DNA of 64,000 bases. Source: Octopus sinensis (lineage: Eukaryota). A program made the position numbers and the translations under genes. How positions within the stretch are numbered: position 1 is the first letter of the stretch; every line of letters starts with the position of its first letter. Location: assembly GCF_006345805.1 (NCBI RefSeq), contig NC_043019.1, positions 23,373,360 through 23,437,359 of the forward strand, written 5' to 3'. A model generated the notes under the pieces. That model made no database searches. It worked only from the letters and a program-made list of their open reading frames with translations, and was not told the origin of the DNA. Positions 24,015 to 64,000 of the stretch are shown here, piece after piece.

Positions 24015-24878
24015 AGCAGTATTGCCTGGCTTTGTGTGACTATTAATCGCACTGAGGAAAATCGATTAATCTGTGAGTGCAAAATCAATACTTTCTTACA
24101 CAATGTGCGCTCGTGCGTTCTATGCACGCGCGAATTATGCTAAACTTGGATGAAGTTCAATCAGAATTCAATTTTGGTTTTAAAATCAAGCATTTAATGC
24201 CCTCTATTTTTGCGCTTATGTGTTCCCATTTCCTCAATAGGAAGTACGTATAAGTGTTTCATAAATTTTTGTTGATCAAATAATTGCATTGTTGAATTAT
24301 TCTTTTAGATCAGTATTTCTCAACGGGGATTTCAGGGGAGAGTTTCAGGGAGTTGCTGGCGATGTATCGTGATGATCAAAAATCCGGCCTGCTAAAATTT
24401 GGTTAAAGTGATTCAAACTGCAGACTCAACGCAAAATGGTCACATTTAATTCAAAGCATTAAAAATGTTATGAAAACAATTGGTATGTGTTCACAAAGTC
24501 CAAACGATTAATACGGAAAAAACCCTCCAGGCTACATCCCGAAAATTCATTTCTTTGCTGAATTTCTACAATGTTTATGGCGATTCATTTTTATATCGTG
24601 ATTTTTTATTTTTCATGCAATTTACGTGTGGTGAACACAGTTCACGTCAAACAGCTGACTGAATAAAGTTCACTATTCAATGCATGGGATAAGGCCTAAA
24701 CAAACACATCGATTTTTGCACTTGCGAGATGAATTTCAGAACAGAAATAGTGCAGTTCAATTTTCATTCGCCTAAACTTTAAGTGATCCATTTTTGGTGG
24801 TTCTACGATTTGTTGTCTAGGAGATGTGCCGGGAAGTTAAACACACAGAAACACAAGTTGAGTTTTATATATATATAT
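24012..24878 (+). mobile_element. Helentron/DINE-like non-autonomous element
   Basis: Starts ACTAGCAGTATTGC, ends ACACAAGTTGAGTTTTATATA; same termini at 59077-59454. Confidence 0.55.
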
Positions 24879-25150
24879 AAAAAGAAGTGAAAGAGATTAA
24901 TAGATGAATAAATCCAGGCAGATAAAGTTAACTAAGTCAAACAAACAGATACCAATTTATTCAAGTAGAATTAACATCCAAGGTAATCCTTCATGTTTGA
25001 CAAATCCAAATATCACTCAGAAGAATTTCAAGAATTTTGGAAATATCTTGAATTGATGAAGAATAAAAAGTTTTGAATGGTACAACAATGCACTATAATA
25101 CAGACAATGGTCTATACACCTGTTGTTTAGAGTGTCTGTATATATTTTAT

Positions 25151-25365
25151 CCCTTTCATTACCAACCTGGCTGAAACCAGCTCTAGCTCTGAGTACAAAT
25201 GTCTTGTTTTCATAAGTTCTGAAATAAAATCTTCCACCAAACCTTAATCACAATTTATATTCCTAACACTAGCAGAATGATAACTAAGTTATTTTACTAA
25301 ATTCTTTGTTGTATTTAAAGTAATTGAAAGGAACACAGAGCATCTCAAATATGGTAACGAAAGGG
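25151..25365. mobile_element. piggyBac-type MITE
   Basis: TIR CCCTTTCATTACCA / TGGTAACGAAAGGG; TTAT/TTAA flanks. Confidence 0.75.
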
Positions 25366-27012
25366 TTAATCAATGAAATTCCAACTTAGTCTGGTTTTCA
25401 TGTTTTATTAATTGCAATTTTTACAATTTTACTTTTATACAATATTGAAATAAACTAGTACTTTCATGTGTTATGCAATCATCAGGTTTATGTGGTGACA
25501 GTCATGTTCTACAACTGACAACTGTTGTAAAAATGGTTAGATTTATCCTTTAAATACTCTCCAATGGGCTCCAGCAAGGTGAATCTTATGAACTGTGTTT
25601 TTACCAATCAGTATGTGGTTAGATGTATATGGTTGATATATTAAAATTACCTCCACAACCAGAGTAATGTATCATAATTACCAAAGAGCAATTAAGACCA
25701 GCCCTACCTGAGATGGGGAGATAATCACAAGATTCAAAAATACTCCAATGCTTACTTGCCATCAGGAAAAGGACAAGCTTATTGTCTGGAAACAAGAGGA
25801 TAGTCAGTGCACCAGCATCACTGGGCAGGGAGAGGGCACTTGAAGAAAGAGTATGGTGGTGGAGGTGGTGTAATCGATGGAGCATCATTGGACAATTCAA
25901 CATTTAGAAATGAAACAACAAAAAAAGACAGGGAAAATAGTACAGGCATGTCCCCTGCATCTCTCTTCATCTGAGTGTTCCTAATCTTGCGGGCTCATGG
26001 GTGCTGGTGCCGCATAAAAGAACCTGTGCCAGTGTTGGGTAAAAGCACCCACTACACTTTATAAAATGGTTGGCATTAGTAAGGGCATCAAGCTGTAGAA
26101 ACCATGCCAAAATGGACATGGAGTCCAGGCAGCTCCTGTCAAACCGTCCAACCCATGCCAGCATGGAACAGGGACGTTAAACGATGATGATGCTGGAGAG
26201 AAGGGGAATGAAATATATTTCACAGCATTTCAATTAGAACCCCTCCTCTTCCCTCACCTCCACTGAGAACAAATGAAATCCAATTCTGTCATTTTCCACA
26301 GAAATGCACTCTTATTTTCCTTTCTATATGTCTCTCTCTCTCTCACACTACATAAAACAATAATGTTAGGTTGATGTAAGAAATAAGTATTTAAAAAACA
26401 AAAACATCTCAAGTAAGCTCCAGTCCTTTTTGTCTTCCTTCCTCTATCACTCATTCTTTCTTTCACTTGGCCCCCTCCCTATCGAAAACACTGGATTAAC
26501 TCCTCAATCATTTGCTAAATTTCTGGCATCATGTTTATATCAGAAATTGTTAAAAAAATAGCAGAATTGTTAATGTGTTGAAATAAATGCCATGTGATAT
26601 TTCTTCTGGCCCTTAATGCCTTTCATTATTCTTAGGGTTGCTGCAATAAAGTACCTGTCAATTATTGGGGTTGATGTAATTGATGACACCCTCCCCTCAA
26701 AACTGCTAGTTTTGGGCTTATAGTAGAAAGAATTAATAGCAGAATCATTAGGGTGTCGGGTAGTAAGCCTGATAGTATTTCTCCTGGCTCTTCTGAGTTC
26801 AAATTGTGCTGAGGTCAACTTCACTTTCCATCCCTTCCAGGTTGATGGTTGATAAAATACAGTACCGGTCAAGTACTGGGGTTGATGTTAACTAGATCCT
26901 TTCCCTTGAAATTCCAAGCCTTTTACCTTCATCATCATCATCGTTTAACATCCACTTTCCATGCTAGCATGGGTTGGACGGTCATTAACTATTAGTAATT
27001 AATTAATAGTTA

Positions 27013-27195
27013 CAAGGGAGTGATGGAAAGTTCCTAGAGAAGAACCTTCTGAGTTCTTTTACAAGGCTTCGAAAAACTGAAGGGCTGCTGCAACAAGTGT
27101 GTGAACCTGAGAGGGAAATAGGTTGAATAAAATCACAACTGATCCCCCCCGTATATTCTTTTACCCAAAGCTAGGAACATTTTAGTACTCCTTCA
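27013..27195 (+). mobile_element. Mariner-derived mini element
   Basis: TA-flanked, same family as 19632 and 63744. Confidence 0.75.
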
Positions 27196-27895
27196 TATAA
27201 GGTGGTGAGCTAGTAGAATCCTTAGCATGCCAGGCAAAATGCTTAGTAGTATTTCATCTGTCTTTATGTTTTGAGTTCAACCTTGCCTTTCATCTTTTTG
27301 GGGTCCATAAAATAAGTACCAGTTGAGCACTGGGGTTGATGTAATCAAATAGCCCCCTCCAGCCAAATTTTAGGCCTTGTGTCTATCATTTCATTATCAC
27401 CAAAAAGCAGTGAGCTGACAGAATTGCTAGCATGCCAAGCAAAATGCTTAGCGGTAGTTCTCCAAGATATGTTTATGACTACAGGTGTAAGTTCCATCTA
27501 ATTTGGATTCTAGGTTTGCACTATACAAAAGGATTAACTTGATTGTTGGACATAAAAAATATTATCTGTATATCATATACAATATTTTATACATATATAT
27601 ATATACACACACACACATACATATGTAATATACAAAAATACACCATCCATTACACACACAGATGAAGAGCCATGCACGATATTTCCTTCATTTTAAAACG
27701 ATTGTTCTTTAATTAAAATTTAAATTGAAAATAAAGGATAAATGCAAAAGAGAATATTTTTAGATAAATATATACAAATGCTCTTTTAATCAAAATTTTT
27801 ACAATTTTCAGGAAAAAAAAAAACTGAAAATACTGCAAATATTTTACATCAGAAAATTGTTTTGTTTTTTGTTTTTTTTTAAATTTTTGTTGTGT

Positions 27896-54879
<26,984 letters not shown>

Positions 54880-55383
54880 TTTTGCCGCGATTAAAATTCG
54901 TAAAACGTATTTTTTTAATATTAAATCAATCCACTTTCACTATTAAGACATTTTTATTAAGATAAAAAGTATAAATAAAATAGGCCTTTCACGGAAGTGA
55001 ACGATAACATTAGCTGTACAGCAGCAACGATATGCAACCTGAAGGAAAAAACAAATCCGTTCAAATATTATGACGCAAACTTTCCTCAGCAATTAAATAC
55101 ATGTGATGTAAATTTATTTAAATATATCTGAAAAAAATAAATTATTGAAAACTAGAATAAATTTAGCTTTAGTCTGTACTTAAATAAGATAGAAACGTAA
55201 ACAACAGCTCCGCACTGAAGTGTCCCGCCAATGTTGTCATAGTTACAAAGGGAGATGATGGCAGTCGTTTCACTGCGCGGAAGCCAATTTTCGTAATATT
55301 TTCCTCTATTTTTATTTCTATGCTCTATTAACGTAATCAGTTTAATTGTTGTGTTGTGGCAGATAACAAAAAGCAACAAAAAA
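54880..55383. promoter_or_regulatory. Putative bidirectional promoter and 5' UTRs between DHX16 and SSNA1
   Basis: Divergent ATGs 504 bp apart; no SINEs; CGGAAGTG (54992-54999), TGACGCA (55071-55077) and CGGAAGC (55278-55284) are ETS- and CRE-like motifs. Confidence 0.7.
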
Positions 55384-55435
55384 ATGACTCTTCAAGGTGC
55401 TACATTACAAACATACAACAATGAACTTGTCAAAT
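55384..55435 (+). CDS. SSNA1: SSNA1 exon 1: [17 protein letters not shown](C)
   Basis: ATG 55384; donor gtaagt. Confidence 0.94.
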
Positions 55436-55769
55436 GTAAGTACTTGGTTCGTCTTTGAAAATATTTCGAGGAAAAATCGGTATTGTTTGATTCTTTCACC
55501 CGCACGATTTTCACTAAGAAAAAGGAGAAAAAAAAGCTCAGATTTTTTGCGTGGAATCAAGTACACTGTCTTCCTAATATGCTGCAAACTCCTTATTTTT
55601 GTTCGGAAAAGGCTGGGGCCGAACCCCTCCCCCTAATCCCAGGATCATTGGAATTACATGGTTTGTTATTAAATATTTAGAGAATGTAACGTTTATATTG
55701 TGTATATTCTACGCTGAACATATTTTTTTCTGATGTCGTGGTGTATATGTGCATGTATGTATGTATATG

Positions 55770-55800
<31 letters not shown>

Positions 55801-55825
55801 ATATGTATGTATGTATATATGTATG

Positions 55826-55858
<33 letters not shown>

Positions 55859-55883
55859 GTATGTATATATATGTATGTATGTG

Positions 55884-55940
<57 letters not shown>

Positions 55941-55949
55941 GTATGTATG

Positions 55950-55990
<41 letters not shown>

Positions 55991-58900
55991 TATATATATA
56001 TAATAGCGGTATATGTTTATGTAGACAGGTAAAAAATTCACCGACCAAGTATGGTATTATTTGTTTCTTTTCAAAAAAAAAAAAACGGATTTTTTTGCGT
56101 AGAATCAAGTACCCTGACCTCCTAATATGCTGCAAACCCCTTATTTTTTGTTCGGAAAAAAAGGTGGGGAACTGGACCCTCTTTCTATTGTTCCCTAATG
56201 TATATTATATTTTAAAGCTTTTTGATATTCGGTATGAACGGACATACCTTCCCCCTTTTAGTCCGTTAAATCGAGAGCTTACTGTATATGAAATATCCGT
56301 TATAGCATTCTAGATAGTTACTATCGTTGATATTCTTACAGTTTCCTATAGGCTTTTATGGTGGACTATGGAGATAACATCGGTGAAACCCTGTACTCAG
56401 TTATTTCAAAGGTCTAAAGATTTCAACATATTGTCGTGGACTTCTGCATTACTGTAGACAACATCCAAACTACGACGATCACATTTACGTAGCCGTAGCA
56501 AGTTGCAGAGGGTGGACGTGATTAAATATCATTCTATTCTCTGAATGGTTGGCAGTTCAATTCCCACCACTGGTACTGCTATATATCCCTGGCTAAAACA
56601 TCGCTGCTATTTAATATCATTGCTAGCAGAGATGTGAAGTTTGTATGTCAGGAAATCTTTTGTTGTCTGCAATGTAGGGCACAAGGTAACTGGAGTTACT
56701 TCACACAATTTACATACATCATATGATCAACCTGATGGTTAGGTGCTTTTTATGTGGCACAAGTACTTTTAATATGGCATCAACATGAGTGCTTTTCATG
56801 TGGTACTAGCACTGGTATCAATTCTGTTGTGGTCCTGTTGTTCAATAGCAGTAACCAACAAAGCCTACTTCATGTTAAGCAATAATAGCAGAGATGAGTA
56901 GAATGTGTCCATAAATCTCCTTTAGTCTTGTACTCATGCCATGAGATGTTTTGAATCCCCATGAGAAGCTTGGTTTATGTACCATCAAAGCAATCTTGAA
57001 GTTCCTTCTTCATAGCCTAAGTTTCAGCTCCACTGAGAAGAATGCTCTCTACTCATGCCCAAAAGAATGCCTGCCTTGTTGACTTAGAAAACCTTCACCA
57101 TCAACCAGAAGTGATCAAGGCATCAGTAGAACCTGCATCTCTCTGGCCTAGACAATTCTGACAATCTTACCTCTTGCCCTGCGAACCATCAAAAACATCA
57201 GATGGTACCATCATGTTTCCAACAAAGAACTACATGTGTGTACACATCAGCCTGCAGCCTCCCATCTCATAGCTATCCATCACATGTGCTGGTATGGACA
57301 TGTCTTCTGTCTCCTGCTAGATCATCCTACTGGAGCTTTACTCTGATTTGATGCAGCAGCTGCGTGGAAGGCTCTACACTAAATGGTTGGACATAATTGG
57401 GAAAGATTTCTAGAGGCTCAGTGTTACTCTGGAGAATGCAGAGGGGCTGGCATGGGACCACCAGCAATAGAGAATACTGGGGATATGGTTGGCTCTACAC
57501 ATCATCATCATCACCATCATTTAGCATCCGCTTTCCATGCTAGCATGGGTTGGACGGTTCAACTGGGGTCTGGGAAGCCAGGAGGCTGCGCCAGGCCCAG
57601 TCTGATCTGGCAGTGTTTCTACGGCTGGATGCCCTTCCTAATGCCAACCACTCCGTGAGTGTAGTGGGTACTTTTTACGTGCCACCGGCACGTGGGCGTA
57701 TATAGAAATGAGATTCGCCAACACTACACCTGATTTTCTCCTCTCCATACACACACACGCATGTATCTGACTCATACACTGTCCACTTCCCAGACATTTG
57801 TACATTACTGCATATGCTTTATACGCACATTTGACAAGTTGTGGTGCACCTGAGCACTGTATACAATAATTTCATTATTATTATTATTATTATTATTATT
57901 ACTAACTTGGGATGTTCCCAACCCCATCAAGCAAGAGCATGAAGCAAAGCTTTATCACATCAACCAATAACAACAACAGATGTTGATGAAAGTGATTATC
58001 GTGAATGAGATGTCAGTTTGGTTAATTGAAACTAATTCCTGAATTATGACTTTCTCTAATGTGTTTTGAAACATGTAAAAGATGTGGCTATTCAAGCAGT
58101 AGTAAAAACTGGTGCTCCATCAGTAACAACGATGAGGGCTCCAGTTGATCCAATCAATGGAACAGCCTGCTTGTGAAATTAACGTGCAAGTGGCTGAGCA
58201 CTCCGCAGATATGCGTATGAGAATATGTTAAGGTTTAACATAATTCTCATGGTGAGTCAGCGTGACACAATGTCACAAGACCGACCCTTTGAAATACAGG
58301 TCCTACTCAATTTTGCCAGCTTAGTGGACTGGAACATGAAATAAAGAGTCTTGCTCAAGAACAGATGTTGGCATGAGTCAAACTGATGATCCTATAATGA
58401 GCTGAATACCCTAATCATGAAGCCCTGTGCCTTCACTTAAGCAATAATAGCATCGTGGTGAACTGGTAGATGGAAAAACATTGCTGTAAGAATTTATTTG
58501 TATATAAAACAAGAGTTTACAAAGAAATTGTTCAGTGGGGAGATCATTGTTTCTTTTGCTTTAAGAAATTATTATACATTGCCTATCTGCTACAGCAGAA
58601 TTGGTATTGATGCTGGTGCCACAATATAAAAAAGTACTTGTACTGATGCCACATAAAAAGTATCCAGTGCACTCTGTGGAGTGGTTGGTATTAAGAAGGG
58701 CATCCAACAGTAGAAACCAAGCCAGAACAGACAATGGAGTCTGGTGCAGCCCCCAGTCTTACCAGCTCTGGTCAATCCATCCAACCCATGCTAGCATGGA
58801 AAATGGATGTTAGATGATGTCCATGTTTCTTTTGCTCATGTAGATGATGTCCATGTTTCATTGCTCATGTACATTGTGTTGGAACGGTAAAGAAGCAAAG

Positions 58901-61560
58901 CATCTTCTAAGAAGTGAAGTATGATAGCCCAGCATTGAGAAGATACAACCTAAAGTTTGGAACTGTTTGATGTGTGTGTGTGTTGCTTGAACTGTCTGAG
59001 TCACTGAAACCCTTGCAAATGTCTACAATTCCAAATGAACAAGAAAGACTACCTGTTGATTTTGATTGTAGATGTAACTAGCAGTATTGCTCAGGTTTGT
59101 AAGGGAAATAACTATATAAGCATTTTTAGAGAGTTATAGCAAAAAAATGCATTAAAAATGGGGAAAAAATTATGGTAAATTTTTTTTTAAATCGTTGACT
59201 CATCGTAGACATTTTTAGAGAGTTACTTCCCTTATATAATAGCGAAAAATGCATTAAAATGGAAAAAAAATGATGGTAAATTATTTTTAAAATCATAGAC
59301 TCATCGTAGACGCGCGCTAATACCCAGAAGGACTCGATATGAATCACGACTATAAGATACCCGGTTTTGGTTAAACTGCAACGCAAAATGTGGGAGTAGT
59401 TAGGAATCTAAATCATAGGAGACAGACACACAACTTCACTTTAATATATAAAGACATCTTGTCAGTTGGAGATATTTGTCAAGAAATCAACTGAAATAAT
59501 TAGTGTAAATGGTGGACAGCATAAAAAAGAAAGGACATTATCAACATCTAACATCTGTTTTCTGTGTTGGCATGGGTTGGATTACTTGAGAGGAGGTAAC
59601 AAGGCCAGGGGTCACACTAGGTTCCATAGTCTGTTTTGACTTGGTTTTTTATGCCCTTCTTAACACCAATCACTCCACAGAGTGTACTGCAGGCTTTTTA
59701 TGTGACACCTTGGTCTTAGGATCTCAATCCTGTTGTCGTGGGTGGCTCTTCTTGAGTACAGCAATGTACCACATATCTTGATCCTCTTTCACCTCCTTCA
59801 TAAAGTTCAGCATTTTGAGATTGGTCTTCATTACTTCATCCCATGTCTTCCTGGGTCTCCCTCTTCTACAACTTCCCTCCACTTTAAGTGACCAGCACTT
59901 CTTTATGCAGCTGTCCTCATCCATCCACATCAAGTAATCAAACCAACACAATCTCTTCTCTTGTGCACTACATCTAATTCCTCTTATGCCCAACTTCTCT
60001 CTCAATACACAAATACTTTGTTGCAATACACACTGATATTGCACTTCAAGAAGAGCATTGCAGCTTTATTCCTCTCCAGCCTTTGCACATTCTCTGCATT
60101 CGGGGGCCAGGATTAGCTTTGTGCTTTAAAGGGAAGAGATGTTTGGGGCATTAGCATAGAGGGAATGAAAAAGAGGTAGTTTGCCTTTTCCCCTTTGTGA
60201 TATTTCTTTTGTGTTTCTTTCCTGTCTCTGTAGGTATTGAAGAGCTTTGTAACAAAAGGGACATCTTAAAACGACAGATAGAACAGGAGGCAGAAGAGAA
60301 AGCGAAACTTCAGAGTGATATCCACATTCTTACAGAGAGGTTGTCAAAAGTAAATGAAAGTCTGAGCAGAAAACTTTCAGTCCAAAATGAATTTGATCGG
60401 ACAATTTGTGAAACAGAAACCGCATACAAGAAGGTTTGTAGCTAATTCATTTGTATAACTCCATATTGATAATGTTGTTTAGATCCAGGTCACACCTTGC
60501 TCCCACATCCAACAGTTATTCCAGATATGGCCAACCTGCTCCCCGCACTACTCCTGCTCATGATCAGATATGCACATATTGTTGGCCACTTAGGGATATG
60601 GTCAAGCAACTGACAAGCAAATCTATGGTATTGAGCAGAATATTTGCTATAAAGATATTTCTGCCTCAGCAACTTGGCGCTGAATCTGTCTGAAGTGTAA
60701 TGGGAAGTAGGTCAGTCCAGGTCAGAAAAGCAAAGTTTGAAGAGAATAGAAGTCATTTCCTTTGATTTCTAGGCAGAAGCAAATAGGAAATAACATTCAG
60801 ACCAAAGACAAAATAAATTAAAATGTTGTTACACATTTCTCACCCACAACATCTCTATTCTCTTTGATACACTGCTTTGTAATCCAGAACACATCACACT
60901 TTTTTATCCTCACTCTGTAAAACATTGGCGAATCTACTTTCTGCTTCTCGTTTTGCTATATAAACATATTGCCTAGCTTCTCACTTCTGGCTACCTCATA
61001 TAATTCTCTGCTACCACTATTTTTCCAGTCTTTCTAAGCCTGTCCCTTTGCTTTTATTTCACTGTCTGCTTTCTTGTTCCACCACCAGGTCACCTTTGGT
61101 CTGACCAGGTCCCCACACAGTGGCACTGAACCTGAAACCATGTGGTTGAGAAACAGGCTTAAGTACAATTTCTGTGTTTCAAATTCCTTTTACAAAGTAT
61201 TGTTCAATGACACAAGGCTGAAGTAAAAGACATTTAAAAGCCTAAGTGCTGCACTGTGGGATTGAACCTGGAACCACATGTCTGCAATGAGAACTTACCA
61301 CCCCCTCCTTCCCCTTGACGCAGTAATTCCTCCATCTATTCAAGCAAATTGTATGATAGCAGATTTTTAATTAGAGATAGTAATTAGCTGGTGTCATTAC
61401 GTGGGGTCCCAGAGTTCATCAGAAAGAAAAAGGACAAATTATGCAACCTTAATTTTTTTTTTTTTTTTTTCAGATTTTAGAAAGTTCTGAAACCCTTCTG
61501 AATGTCTTGAAGCGAGAATCTCAACGAGTACTGGGAGAGAATAACAACGACTTAATATGA
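55384..61560 (+). CDS. SSNA1: Sjogren syndrome nuclear autoantigen 1 (NA14/DIP13 microtubule-binding coiled coil), 3 exons, 112 aa
   Basis: [26 protein letters not shown]...[37 protein letters not shown] matches human [26 protein letters not shown]...ILESSQTLLSVLKRE. Confidence 0.96.
55741..56004. repeat. (TATG/TA)n microsatellite in SSNA1 intron 1
   Basis: direct reading. Confidence 0.97.
56900..57350 (-). mobile_element. Degenerate RTE-type LINE RT C-terminal fragment
   Basis: [36 protein letters not shown] with stops. Confidence 0.65.
57500..57900. mobile_element. SINE A (-, 57500-57690) abutting a CR1 3' tail (+, about 57710-57900)
   Basis: family matches. Confidence 0.85.
59077..59454 (+). 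mobile_element. Helentron/DINE-like non-autonomous element with internal tandem duplication
   Basis: ACTAGCAGTATTGC start, ACACAACTTCACTTTAATATATA end, repeated ...GACTCATCGTAGAC block. Confidence 0.55.
59724..60044 (-). mobile_element. RTE-type LINE 3' fragment
   Basis: [19 protein letters not shown]...[19 protein letters not shown]. Confidence 0.8.
60234..60433 (+). CDS. SSNA1: SSNA1 exon 2: [14 protein letters not shown]...ETETAYKK
   Basis: ctgtag/gtttgt. Confidence 0.96.
61474..61560 (+). CDS. SSNA1: SSNA1 exon 3: [28 protein letters not shown]
   Basis: long T tract + cag acceptor; TGA 61558-61560. Confidence 0.95.
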   Translation: MLESSETLLNVLKRESQRVLGENNNDLI

Positions 61561-62623
61561 CAGCAGTATCATTTCAACATGGTGCTATACACAACGCCAT
61601 TCTGCTCCTCCTTATATTCTAGTACCTGGTCTGTGGAAGTTGGCAAGAATTTAGGAATCCCAGTTACTGCATCATCATCAACATTATCATTCCTTTGGAA
61701 ATATCAGCAGCACAAACATGTAAAATGTACTTGTATACACATAGACACACACACACACACACCCACTCACAAATTATTTTTTTCTATTTGACTTTTCTTT
61801 GGTACCTGTTGACTTCCAACCACTAATAATTCCTGGGAGATAAGCGTGGTGAAAGTGAGCAGAGAAAGCTTAACAAGATGTCTTACAGTATCTTGTTTGA
61901 CATCTAAGTTTTGTGTTGGAATCTGACTTGCTTTGATTTTTGTCTTTCATCTCTTTATGTGTTTCTCAAAATAAACGACACTAACCAACCTTTTTGGATT
62001 ATTAAGTAAATCTATCAAGTTTTCTGTCTATAAAATAGTTATTTACTTTAGCACTACTGTGCCAGGGTCTTCAGTTACAATCCTCTACCGAAGTCAACTT
62101 ATAAGTCTTTCATGTTGATTATTAAAAAATAAACACTCACCTGTAATACATAACAATATATACCTAACTTTGATATATACATTGATGAACTGTGCTGTAT
62201 ACATTTGGTAACATTGTCTGTGTATGAATGGGGGTCGGATAGTACAAGGTATTAGTCCCCAAAGAGAATATTTTCTAGAATTTATCAACTGGAATATTTT
62301 CCCTTTCGAAGGAAAATTACCGTTTCTGTGAAAAGGCCAAACTCTTCTGAAAATTCTAATTTTATTATTTGTTCTTCTTTGCAATTTGAACTTTTCAAAG
62401 AACTAGAAATATGAAATTATACAAATAGAATTTTTTTCCTATAAATGTTCCATTCAGAATTTAATGAAATTTTTGGGCCAACTGTAAATATAAAACATAT
62501 TTCTGGTTTATTTTTACTTTGTATGTTTTGTTAATAAAAAAAATAATTTAAAAAGGAAAAATTAACAAACAAAACTAGGAGTTGGCTCCACTTATGTAAG
62601 GCCTAATTACTCTCCCAAGTCCT

Positions 62624-62949
62624 TCACTGACCAACATATACCTCATTTACCTTTCCCTTAGGGAACCATAATTGGCTAAAAATAACTGTCAAGTTTTTCT
62701 CAGATCATTGGTTTAAATCTCACAGAGCAAGTGTTCTCCCACGGTCAACTTTACGTTGGATGCTGCATCAGTCTATACATTTGTGCATCAGAAGGGAAAA
62801 CGAGAAACATCGCCTACAAAGAAGCGCTCCACTGAAAAGACGGCATTTCTTCACATCTTTCAAATCACTGACCATCATAGACCTCATTTACTTTTCCCTT
62901 AGGGAACCATAATTTGCTAAAAATAACTGTCAAGTTTTTCTCAGATCAT
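62624..62949. repeat. 85-bp direct repeats (62624-62708, 62865-62949) around a 156-bp unique spacer
   Basis: TCACTGACCA...CCCTTAGGGAACCATAATT.GCTAAAAATAACTGTCAAGTTTTTCTCAGATCAT twice. Confidence 0.9.
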
Positions 62950-63743
62950 GAGTGCTTCCTTATCTACCTCTTGTGCTGTAATTTGAGGGACATTTGGGTT
63001 CTGTTTCTAACAGATACAGTGACTGGTTAGAGCAGTGTTTCTCAACCGTTTTTAACTTATGAATCCCTTTGCTGCCTGTTTAACTCAGGTGGGCCTCCAT
63101 AGCTGTTTGAAGTTTTAAAAAATTCCCATTATATTTTTATAACTAAATATTATTAGGAATTCATCATCATCATCGTTTAACGTCCGTTCTCCATGCTAGC
63201 ATAGGTTGGACGGTTCGACCAGGGATCTGGGAAGCCAGAAGGCTGCTCCAGTCTGATCTGGCAGTGTTTCTACAGATGGATGCCCTTCCTAATGCCAAAT
63301 TGTATGAAAATAATTTTCTTGTACCAAGCTCTGCACTATGTCCAATACAGTTCACTTAGTTCTATTTAGAAACCAGTCTGGAATAGAATATATGGATGTG
63401 AATGTTCAAATTAATGCAGTTTTCGATGTTGGCATGGGTTGGATAGCTTGATAGGGGCTGCATCAGGTTCAATAGTCAGTTTTTGCTTGATTTCTACAGC
63501 TGGATGACCTTCCAGAATGTACTGAGTACTTCTTACATGGTACCATCACTAATGCTTGTTACTTCCTAATGCCAAAGTGTACTGAGTGCTTCTTACATGG
63601 CACCAGCACCTACACCAATGCTTTTTGCGTGAGTACCTTGGTTTTAGGATCCCAATGCCATTGTATGATTTTGTATATCATCATCATTTAGCGTCCGCTT
63701 TCCATGCTAGCATGGGTTGGACATATAATAATACAAATATATA

Positions 63744-63954
63744 CGAAGGGATGTTGAAAGCTCCTGGCTTTTGAGAGTGTCACGAAAAGCCTGGTTGGAG
63801 GTCCAACTTTCCAAGTTCTTTTACAGGGCTTAGAAAAATTGAAGGACAGCTGCAATAAGTGTGTGAACCCAAGAGGAATGTGCTGAATAAAATCATAACT
63901 GATCCTCCTATATTTTCTTTTACCCAAAGGCAGGAACTTTTCAGGACATCCTTG
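63744..63954 (+). mobile_element. Mariner-derived mini element
   Basis: TA flanks; internal LQGLEKLKDSCNKCVN resembles the mariner transposase C-terminus. Confidence 0.8.
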
Positions 63955-64000
63955 TATATGTATGTATGTATATATATATATTTCATACGAAGACCATAAT

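Noticed and set aside
22570-27790. Poly(A) signals for RNGTT (AATAAA about 22576) and DHX16 (ATTAAA about 27785 on -)
   Set aside because: Such hexamers are too frequent in this AT-rich DNA to assign without 3'-end data.
55677-56313. Long YI/YT/VCMY ORFs
   Set aside because: (TATG)n microsatellite translations.

Overview
AT-rich, microsatellite- and SINE-dense eukaryotic DNA. The repeat families and gene architecture look like an octopus (coleoid cephalopod) genome; this is inferred from recalled repeat families, not from a search. Three intron-rich housekeeping genes were reconstructed exon by exon; all introns are GT-AG and frames are consistent. (1) The 3' 13 exons of the mRNA capping enzyme RNGTT on + (418-20514; the 5' end lies left of the window). 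(2) A complete 22-exon DHX16/Prp2 DEAH splicing helicase on - (54879-27896, about 1045 aa). (3) A complete 3-exon SSNA1/NA14 on + (55384-61560, 112 aa), head-to-head with DHX16 across 504 bp. Introns carry dozens of SINEs (at least four families), CR1 and RTE LINE 3' fragments, decayed Tc1/mariner elements, hAT-, Merlin- and piggyBac-type MITEs, Helentron/DINE-like elements and long foldbacks. The most interesting signal is three unrelated short elements that each carry a minimal type I hammerhead-ribozyme-like motif with a palindromic helix III, as in Penelope-like elements. One is a tRNA-headed (Pol III) SINE with an inverted copy of its ribozyme tail (14473-15075). One is a 350-bp near-perfect foldback in (TA)n (2917-4150). 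One is a 170-bp insert in (TA)n (52190-52358). The last two share a non-canonical CCGANGA core. Also notable is a duplicated DHX16 exon end that creates an in-frame 42-nt cryptic microexon just before helicase motif VI.
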